A stretch of DNA of 64,000 bases from Lama guanicoe (Eukaryota): the NCBI GenBank assembly GCA_013239625.1, contig MU053934.1, positions 2,870,399-2,934,398 on the forward strand. Direction: 5' to 3'. Below are positions 48,771-64,000 of the stretch, piece after piece. The notes under the pieces are model-generated. The model was not told the DNA's origin. It searched no databases and was given only the letters and a program-made list of their open reading frames with translations. The translations under genes were made by a program, and so were the position numbers. Position 1 is the stretch's first letter. Each line of letters starts with the position of its first letter.

Positions 48771-51016
48771 TTTTTCCAAATTTAGACAAAGAAACATCAA
48801 AGGATCCCATAAATAATGAAGGTCAGATGCTCTCTCTGTGTTCTGTAACCCCAAATCATCTACAACACACCCTGACTCTCCCCCTCCCTCCATTCCAGAA
48901 GCCGGGTGGAGAGGAGGGAAGATTGGCAGAGAGATGAGTGGCCACGTGGAAAAAGCTGTGTCTCTTCTCCTTCCTCATGGGAAGGGTGGGTGCTCCCTAG
49001 CACCCTAAGCCAGGAGAAGATGCCTCCAGGAGTCCCTCTAGTGGAGACTGGGAGTACCTGCAGGAAAGAGAGACTGACATTTTATCCCATTAGATGGCTT
49101 GGGCTTGCTGCTCTGCCTTCTGAACCTCTGATCAGGGAGGAAGGAGAGATGGAGACAGACGATGGGTGAAGAAGTGGGGGAAAGGATGCCTATCCCCCCC
49201 CCCACATCTGATGGCACAAGCATGAGGGAGCTTCTCAAAGTTCAAGTGGACTCTGAGGAAGGTACAGCCTCTCAATCTGCTTCCAATTCTGTAGATACAG
49301 AGAGGTGATGAGAGCATGTGATGGCTTTGTCTGAGAGCTGTTTCTAGGTGTTTAATAAGAATCCTTTCCCAAGGAGTGAGCTGCTACCTGTTTACTGCCT
49401 CCATCAGAGAAGAACTCCTCTGGAAACCAGTTCTTCACATGTGATCGTCTTCTGTTGTCATCTGTCTTAGGGCCCCTACTGCAGGTAGCTTATTTATGGT
49501 CAACTTCAGAAAAGTTAAGGCAGGAGCCAGATTCTTTTCATGTGATATTTTTCAAGCTGCAACTTAACTTCATTTCTCTGTATGATGTTATCTCTTCTAT
49601 AGGCTCCAAGAGCACCAAAGATGATTCGTAAATCCGTATATGTGAAAACTGCTAATTAAAGTATCTGAGCAGATAAGCTTATTAAAATGATGCTTTTCTA
49701 AGAATGTTGTCATTGCTAAAATGAATGCCATTAAAAAGTGGCCATGCAGAGGGGCCAAGTAGCGCCTACCCAAGAGGGCGGACCACCGGATGAGGACACA
49801 TAGGAGGCAGAGGCTGTGGGGTGCTCCATGGAGGAGGGCAGGACTGAAGGCAGAAATGGGAAGTGGCTGAGCCCCTTGCACTGCCCTCATTAGGACACTG
49901 CAGTGGAGATGTCCTCAAGGGCATGCACCCCTTTTCCAACAGAGAACCCCAACATCTGGTCAGAATCGGCTGGCTAGAGGAGCAGCAACAAGTAACAGAG
50001 CCCATCACAGAAACACCAGAAAAGAGATACACCCTCTCCTCCAGCCTTCCCACCCTAAGACATCAGAGAAGCTGGAACCATAAGAAGTGGTGAGAGGGAC
50101 CAAGTACCAAGGCCCTCGCCTTCTGGTTCTCTCAGCCAGGGGTCAAGTCTTCGCAGAAGAAGAGTGAGACTGAATAGAGATGGACTTTTTAAATGATTGG
50201 CAGCAGTCAGAAAGCTGGAGAACTTGCCCAAGATGTCATTAACAGATGTGAAAAGGAGAGTCCACAGAGCCGGGTGGGGACGCCACAATGGGAGAAAACA
50301 AAACAGCCTCATGTTTGCACTCACTGAGTGCCGACTATTCAATGAACCGACTGCCTAAGTTACACGAAATCGAGACTTAGGAATATTAGATTCCAAATGT
50401 TTAAAAGCTGAGGCCCACCTACCTACACACGATGACTTGCAAACATGACGAAGTCATACCAAGTGAAAAAGTAAGCTGAAGAACGTGTATAGAACATGAG
50501 TCTATTTAGGAGGGAAATAGAACACTTACATGTATGTTTGTGACAAAACAAACTGTGTTGAAGTAGAGTATGCCACTAGGGGAGGGGAGATACTGCCACT
50601 TGCATTCATAGCCTTAAAAAATGCCAAGTGATGGATGATTTCCACTCTTTTGCATGTACTATCTTCTATCATACAATGTGTTGCACTTGTAATCAGAAAA
50701 TTTTAAGAAACAAAAGAAGAAAAATATTGAAAGGGGCAAAAATGAGTCGGTTGAAATTATAGGCACAGAACAATGGAACGAGTAATCCCTTGGAGGATCT
50801 GTGGCTTTGGGAGATCTCAGGGCTTTCTGGGAAAGGATAGATTCCGGGAGCAGCTCAGTGACACCCATTTCCTCCGCCCGCCCCGCCTCTCTTCTTTCCT
50901 TCCCGCCAGAGCTGAGACTTGGCTCGGCTTGGTGCTGCCACCTAGAGGTCAGCATCTGACAATACTCCAATCTCTCCACCAGCCGCTGGGGAAGAGCAGG
51001 GGTGATATGTAAGTTT

Positions 51017-51365
51017 TGCAACAAAGACCAGGCAATCGGAACATTAAAAGACTACTGTTAATTAAAGAAAGCCAGATATCTCAAGGAATTTAGCGCTTTT
51101 CTATGTATGGGGAGATGCAAGGGTCTGGGATCACTGACACTGTTCCTTTGCTATACACCTAGATGTCTAGGGCCAGTATCCTGTTCTTCCCCATCCTGAG
51201 TTCCCTCAAGGGTACCACTGGGGGCGGCTGCAGAGGCCGAGCTGCCTACTGGTCTCTATCCTGAGTTCCCTCCGCTCACTGTAGCGGTGGCGGTAGAGGT
51301 AGGATAACTCGATGGCTGCAGCGTCCTTTGTTTACTGGTGTGGCAGGCAGTATTTTTCATTCACA
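51017..51365 (-). mobile_element. ERV-type LTR fragment
   Basis: GGAACATTAAAAGACTACTGTTAATTAAAGAAA...GGGCCAGTATCCTG...ATTTTTCATTCACA, resembling ERV1 LTRs. Confidence 0.5.
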
Positions 51366-54300
51366 CTCTGAGTGGAAGGGGTTTCTTCCTTTTTCTCCAT
51401 TCTTTGCTTCTCTGTTTTGTGCATGATTTCTGGGGAGCAAGAGCACGTGGAAAATGGGAAGACTGCGCAGCATTTAGGAAGCACTTACCCTGTGCCAGGC
51501 ACTGCCGCACTGCTTTTAGGCAACCTGTTGACGCCACGGCCGCCCTATGTGGTGGGTCCTCTGACTTTCCTGCTACAGATGAGGACCCCGAGGCTCAGAG
51601 CAGCCTTAAGTAACCTGCCCGGGGGCTTACAGCTGTTTGGCACTGAATCTTGCATCCGGTGGGAGATTCCTGAGACCCAAGCCCCAGCTCTGCCCACCAC
51701 CATGAGCTGAGTTAGCAAAGGTAAGGAGGTCACTGAGTGAGAGGTCACCATGTCACTCGATGTTGTATGGCAAAGCTTCCCCATTTGTTAATTAAGGGGA
51801 GCTGGGGGTTCTCTAAAGTCCTTCCAGCCTTTGCCTTCATGCTCCTTTTTAGGGACGGAGCACGTGATCTGATGACCTCAGGCCACAGTCCAAGATGCCC
51901 TGTACACCTGGTCACCTGTATACGTTACCTGGGTTAACTTTTCTTGTGGATGTTTCTTACTCAGATCAAATGCTCTGCAGCTTCCCTCCTCCTTCACCCA
52001 GCTTTGCAAGATCACTGGTATTTCATTATCAGGAAGAATTTAGACTAGCAGCCAACAGGAAAATCCCTGTGTGAACTTCCTCCTCTGGACTCTGATACAA
52101 ACACTCAAGAAGCCTTGCCCCTGCCAGAACGAATTCCTGAGAAATTAATTGTTGACATTTCCTCCGAGCAATGTAAACCTAGCTGTTAAGGGCGTAGACT
52201 TCAGACCCTTGAAATTCCAGTCCCTTCTCTACACTCACTGGGGCCACACAACAAGGTCATGGGCAGGAAGAGAGAAAGAGCACAGGAGGGCCTGAGGTTC
52301 TGCTTTTATTGGGTGGGGGGAGGGGGTCCAGATTTCAAGGGGCTCACTTTTTACTGGTGAATTTAAAACATAAGAAGGGGAATTTAAAGCTTGGGAACAA
52401 GTGCCCCAAATGGTCAGTCAGAGATTGAAATCAAGCAAGATCTCTAAATCAAAGAAGCCTCAGTGCGGGGGGTAGGGGTGGGTGTCACCGTGAAACTCAC
52501 CCCCTGGTCCTGAGGACGGGCTCACACCTTCTCTTATGACTTATCTGCTCCCCAGTGGGGATGCCTTCAGGCCTGGCCAGAGGAAGGGGGCTTTGACTTT
52601 GATAATGAGCATCTTGGTTTACACATCGGTGCACCTACCGCCCCCAAAAAACAGAGCTACACTCCCCTGGATGACTTCTGAACTTGCAATTTTAATCAAA
52701 TCATTTTTATTGTCACAGCTATTGGTGGCTTGCTCTGTCTGAGCAAGGTACAGTGGGGGCCAGTGAATACTGTGCAATAATTTGTAGTCACACGATGAAT
52801 CTTAGCTTACTTCAGGTCCTAGGAAGTCTTGCACAAAAGAAAACTGCTTCATGTTATTTAAATCAGCATAACCTGAATTCCCTTGACAATAGAACAATTT
52901 CTTATTTTTTCTTTTACATAATACCTATTACTGTTACGGAAAAGACAGGCCAGCCAAGAAACAAGCACCACTCGGAGGGTTGGAGTACTCAGATGTATTA
53001 CGCCGGCGGGCTCAGAGGGGCTTCTGCTCCGAAGCTCTGAGCACCTCCAAGACATGCGCATGAGGTTTTATAGGGTAAAGTACAAGCTTGGGGTATTTGG
53101 CCAATAGGCATGGAACAACTTTAGCAGCATTATCATCACAAAAGTGGAGGCGGGGAGGCAGCAAACCAACATTCCAAAGCCAGATATGTATCTTTGAAAA
53201 TCCAGCTGGCTAGCAAAAAACATAAACAGCAAACCAACACTGATAAACTTAAATTTACAAGTTAGTCCAGCAGAACTCAGATCAGTATTCCAGTACTTAG
53301 ACTTGTGAGTTATCTTGTTAGCCCAGCCCAGCCTCTCCTTCCAATTCCTAGACTTGTGAGTTATCTTGTTAGACCAGCCCAGCTTTTCCTTCACATTACC
53401 ATGTCCTAGAGTTCCCTGAAACATAGTTGGGAAACCTAGGTCTGAAAGAAAAAAAGAAGCATTTATTACATGCCTGTAGAGGGCTACGCACTGTGCCTGG
53501 TCCTGGACGTGCATTTTTCTTGGGCAGTCTGTACAACAACCCTGAGAGAGACGTTATTACCCCTGCTGTGAGGGAGAACGAGGCTCTGACAAGGGAGGGG
53601 GTCTTCCCAGGGACTGAAACAGCAGGACCACGTGGGATCCTCCCTGTGCATTCTTTTCTTAGAATAACTTCTCCTTTTACCCCAGAGGTCTTGAAAGAAG
53701 GTCATGGACTGATGACCTCAAGAAAATGGGCAGATGCTCCTAGATACCCCCATAACAACAGCGAGTTCTTATCAAGATGAAAGGAATATAGTCCCTGCTC
53801 ACACCCTGATTATTATCACCCTCCTGTTGCCGTTATTTCTATGAGACCCCAGGACCCTTGTAGAAAGGGGGTCTTGGCCTGCAATTTAGAGACACTGACA
53901 CCAGGGGGCGAGCTGGACTAAGATAACAGCCAAGTGGAGCTGGTCCTCTGAGTGTTTAGGTTAGAGCATCCCAAATTGCATTTATAGATTCCTCCCTCAG
54001 GTGGTACTTGGATAGCACAGAAAATATGAAGATGGTTCTGAATCGCTATGAGTCCATGAGCCCCTGCATGAAATGAAGGCTGAATAGCTTTTCCACTACG
54101 TGCATTAATGTTACTTAAAACTGATCCCTGTACCTCCTTGAAATTTAAGAATTGCCAAGAATTCTACCATCTAAGTCTCTCAGGAGCAGGAAATACAAGG
54201 AATGCTGTTGGAAACAGCACCAGTGAAATAAAGGGCTTATTTATTTTTTTTAAATCTGTACATGTTTTATTTATTTTGCCAAGATGACACCTTCTCCCTT

Positions 54301-56391
54301 TCCAAAATAGTCAGTGTTTAATTTAAAAGAGCTTCCCTTAATGGCCAGAGATGTAATCTTTAACTGAGGCAAAGTCATAAAACGTATCAGATTTGTTCAC
54401 TTATGTCAAAATTGAAACTGCTCGTTTAACTTTAAATCGGCTCCCTGCATTCTGTTACTTGGCCACTCTTCCTAGCATCCAAATTCTCTCAGAGGGCGTG
54501 TTGCCAGCTCTCCTGGCCATTATAGGAAGCAAAGCTGCATCTGAAAAGGACTAAACTAAATACAATGTAAAGTTGAATTCCTGCAGTATCCTTCCAATCC
54601 ACAATCCATACCCTCATGAGCAATGGAGTGATTGGGTATATGCTTTTTGAAAGTTACATAAACGGCACATTTCATACCACAGGGTTCATTCTGCAGACTG
54701 TCATTTCCAGCTACTCTGATGTATTGTGAGATCTTCGAACGTTGGCGTAAGTAGATGCGGTTCAGCCCTTTCTACGGTCATAGATTGCCCGCCTTGGGCG
54801 TTCTTCTCCTAACAGAAAAGTACTTTGCTTTGCTGTTACAAAGACCGCAGCAATGAGTATCTTTGTGCAGCGTCCCATGTGTGTGTGTTTAAGAGTTTCT
54901 CTAGGCTACATAGAAATGGAAGCCCTAGGTTGTGAAGCTGAATTTCAACGCTGTGAAATTCTTCCTTACTCTTCTGGGCTCATAATTCATCGAGTGTGTG
55001 AGAGTTCTCATTTCTCTCCTCATCTACACTTGCATTTTAATGTTTGCTAACCCAGTGAATTTATGGCTTTAATTTGCATAATAATCTCTCTGATTATTGG
55101 GGATATTGAGTATCTGTTCAACTCGGCAGTCATTATTAACCCTTTATGCTCCAGCCAGGCTGTCAGCTCCTGGAGGGAGAGCTGCGTCTCACATCTAAAA
55201 CCCTCACAAGGCACAGTCACATCCAGGCATAATTCTCTTTCTGCTTACCTTTCCCACCTGTACCTCCATGTCCAGCATTGGAGCCCCACCGTCCAAGCTT
55301 AGCAAGCCACTCCCACCTCTCCAAATGCTCGGTCTGTGCTCCCACAGTGCCTTTGGTCTGGAGTGCTGTGCCTCTTCCAGGCCACTTGAATGTTCCTACT
55401 CATGCCCCAAGATTCATCTCAAGAGCTTCCTCCTCTGTGAGGTCTTCTATGACCACCAGCCCTCAGCCCATTCAAGTTTCACCTTGGTGCTTCCATTGGC
55501 CCCGTATGAACTTCTCTCTGCCTGTGTAAACCTTCTGAGCCTCTATTTATAGATCTGTCCCCCCAGCACACTCTGGTCTCCTGGAGGACAGGACCCACGT
55601 CTTATTCCTCTCTGAACTCCTGGTTCATCAGTCAGGACTGAACAGAGGGTGGATGTGCAGTACAAGCTCGTCAGATGGGTGGATGAACCTCAAAACCAGC
55701 TCCTTCCACATCAGTCCTTTGCAGACTATCCCCTTGAGGACAAGGACAGTACAGAGTTCATACCACCGATCCCCCATGGTGTCTAACAGGGCCGAGTGTT
55801 CGTGGCGTTCACTACCTATCTGTTCACATGACAGTATGATTGTCTGGTAGAGCAGATAATGGCTTTGATCAGAAATTCCTGGGTTTTCAATCCCAGCTTC
55901 CTATGGGGATAATCTGGGCAATTTACTTGACCTCTCCAAGCCTCAGTTTCCTCATCTTCATAAAGAGGATGATAATAGCTTTGAGGACTGGGGTAAGGAT
56001 GAAATAAGATTGTGCACATAAAGCACATGGCATATATTTATATGAATCTGACTAATTACAATTTCCACATCAGGACAGGGTGGGGTCTGCTTTCGCTGCA
56101 ATACTCTGCATGGCTCATTTTTTTTAATTGCTACATGTGATGAGCAGATGGGACCTCCTCAATAAGATGAAGTTTGGTTTCTCCAGCACAAGAACAGTTT
56201 CTTATGGAAATCAGGTACTCAATAAAGAAGTTGAGCTGAACTCAGCACCTTACACATAGTTAGGTACTCAATGATTATTAAATCAAGCCAAAGTCACCAC
56301 TCTGTACTGCGTTCTGCTCCAATGCCTTCTGTGGGAGAAGGGGAAGTTCCTTTCCTTTTGATTTTTCCAGAGCGTCATGCTCACATGGTAG

Positions 56392-56830
56392 ACTGTTACC
56401 GTGGTGAGTCCCCAGTGACCTACACCTGCGCATAAGAACACTCTTGTGCAGCCTCTTCCATTATAACCCTGGCTTGACCGTATGTCTTTTTACTACAAGG
56501 AAATTAACAAGCCAGTGCAAGGCGTGATAAGGTCTTACACACTGAATCTTGTCTCCTTGAGAGGCTCCTTCTTGGAACCCAGTCACCATGGCAGGAAGAA
56601 GTCCACGAGGAGAGGCCTCACAAGAGAGAGTGATGCCCAACCAGCCCCTAGCTCGGGCATCGGGCATGAGAGAAGCAGTCATTGTCACAGCTACATGGAG
56701 CAGAAATGAGCCACACCCACTGAGCCCTGCTCAAACTGCACAATCATAAGCAAATAAATGATTATGGTCATTTTAAGTTACTAGATTTTTTGGTTGGTTT
56801 GGAACACAGCAAATAATAAATAACCCACGA
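56392..56830 (+). mobile_element. MaLR (MLT1-like) LTR
   Basis: ...CCCACTGAGCCCTGCTCAAACTGCA...TTTTAAGTTACTAG...AACACAGCAAATAATAA. Confidence 0.55.
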
Positions 56831-57634
56831 GCAGTGCGTGCTCTGAGAGTGCAAGTCAGTGATCTGGGGTGGGATGTGCTGTGACTTGGAGACCCTGCAG
56901 GCAATAAGCTTCAGGATCAGATGGTAGGTATGGTTGTCTAACCTGGAACCCTTTCTCTGGGGGATTCTTCTCTGGAGCCCCAATTCCCAGGTCCCTCTCC
57001 TGTTGTTACCAGGGTCCCTTATCAGTTAAAGATAAGTTTGGCTTAAAGAATGAGAAGATGCCCAGATGCACATTATAAGAAGTTGGAGTTGGGGATAGGG
57101 GAAACAGAGTCTGGCCAGGTATGCGGAGCAGCTCAGTGAGGCCATGGAGGACCCAGATTGCGCTGCAGTGTCTGCATCCTCCGTTCACAGGGAGTCTGCA
57201 GGGCATGGCTCCTCAATCAGTAAAACAGGAGTGAGGAGCACTCCCAAGCTTTCCCGGTAGAGAAATGAATTTCCCAGAAGGCTCCACACACCTGCACCTT
57301 CCCTTGCATCTCATTGGCCCAAATCGAGTCACATGCCCTTTTCTGAACCAATCACTTTGTGTGTAGGGGGAGGAGTTAGGATCATTTGCTCCCAATCAAA
57401 ACTATCCCTGGATTGGAGGGTGAGGGGGCGTGGCCAGTTCTCCCGAAGTCCCTGGGTTCTTGGGGAAGGAATCGATGTCTGGAAATAATTGGGCTTCTGC
57501 CAGGGAGGTCATGCAGGGTAAGACCCAGCGGTGTCTGCTATAGGACCCTCCACACAGGGCAAGACATCTTGGGCTTGAGCGGAGTTCCACTCAGCTCTCA
57601 TGTCCCTTCCGGGATTGTGAGGGGAAGGTACGGG

Positions 57635-57639
57635 GTGTG

Positions 57640-57680
<41 letters not shown>
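57635..57680. repeat. (TG)n microsatellite downstream of TEX33
   Basis: Interrupted TG run. Confidence 0.9.
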
Positions 57681-57819
57681 CCAGGGGGAAGGGCTGGGGT
57701 GGGGGCAGTTTTCAGGGCTTCCATTCTGGCAGTTGGTCTCTCCAGCACTGCACACCCCCCACCCCGCCCCCAACCTAAAGAGCGGCACCAAGCAGAGATG
57801 GTTCACATGTGTGCCTTCC

Positions 57820-57825
57820 TTTATT
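57820..57825 (-). terminator. TEX33 polyadenylation signal
   Basis: AATAAA on - strand about 45 nt after the TAG. Confidence 0.75.
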
Positions 57826-57869
57826 GGTAGCACTTTCTCTGGGCGGAGGGCACCTCTTCTAGGTTGTAT

Positions 57870-63372
<5,503 letters not shown>

Positions 63373-64000
63373 CTAATTCGGCCTTCCTCTGACCTGGCCC
63401 TCCCCACCCCCATCCCACCCTCAGCCTGCAGCCGTCACCCAGCTCCCAGGCCTGGGAGCTGGCACAGCTGAAAGCGGTCCACCCTCCCACACCATCCCAC
63501 CTCCCACACAGGCCTGGGGGATCAAGAACGATAGCGATCAGGAAATCTCCTCCCTGCCTTGGGCACTTACTTTGGAACAGCATCAAATGCCTTTCTCAGA
63601 GGGTATTATTCTTGCATTTTCTAAGTAAGGAACCTGGGCCTCAGGACAGGGACTCACACAGCCCTGGCTTGCCCCGCCCACCACGGAGGCATCACACAGG
63701 TCAGCTCTAGGTGGCTTCTTAGATCTCACCAGGGCCAACTACTTCCTCATACCAATGGGGAAACTGAGGCCCAGAGTGGTTGAGCCCAGGCCTAGGAGCC
63801 ATGAAACCTAGGTAGGAGTCCCAACTCTAACATATACCAGCTGCTGATTTGAGCACGCTCTGCTGCCCTCTAGGCCTCAGTTTTCCTACTTGTAAAATGG
63901 GGGTAGGGAAGAATTGGATGTCTTTTTTTTTTTTTAAACGTATTTCTAGCTTTACTTTTGATTCTTTTTGGGTGGGGGAGGGTTGGGTTTATTTATTTAT

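Overview
Mammalian genomic DNA, probably camelid (inferred from repeated tRNA-derived SINEs resembling Vic-1). It covers the CSF2RB (IL-3/IL-5/GM-CSF common beta chain) to TEX33 interval. 1-9.3 kb holds exons 7-14 of a + strand CSF2RB. As assembled, its last exon has a 22-bp tandem duplication that frameshifts the cytoplasmic tail. About 10.0-30.2 kb holds a complete second CSF2RB copy, inverted and tail-to-tail on the - strand, with its own promoter, exon 1 and 13 coding exons with canonical GT-AG sites. The two copies are a patchwork of near-identical and strongly diverged blocks, which suggests gene conversion. The - copy differs sharply at the domain-4 B-C cytokine-binding loop, has a C-terminally truncated tail, and carries an in-frame tandem duplication of the domain-3 exons. 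30-57 kb is repeat-rich intergenic DNA (L1, L2, MIR, LTRs, SINEs, a fossil hAT transposase). The last three coding exons of TEX33 lie on the - strand at 57.9-63.2 kb. Exon numbers and residue numbers follow my recollection of human CSF2RB literature numbering. Repeat family names are pattern-based, not database results.
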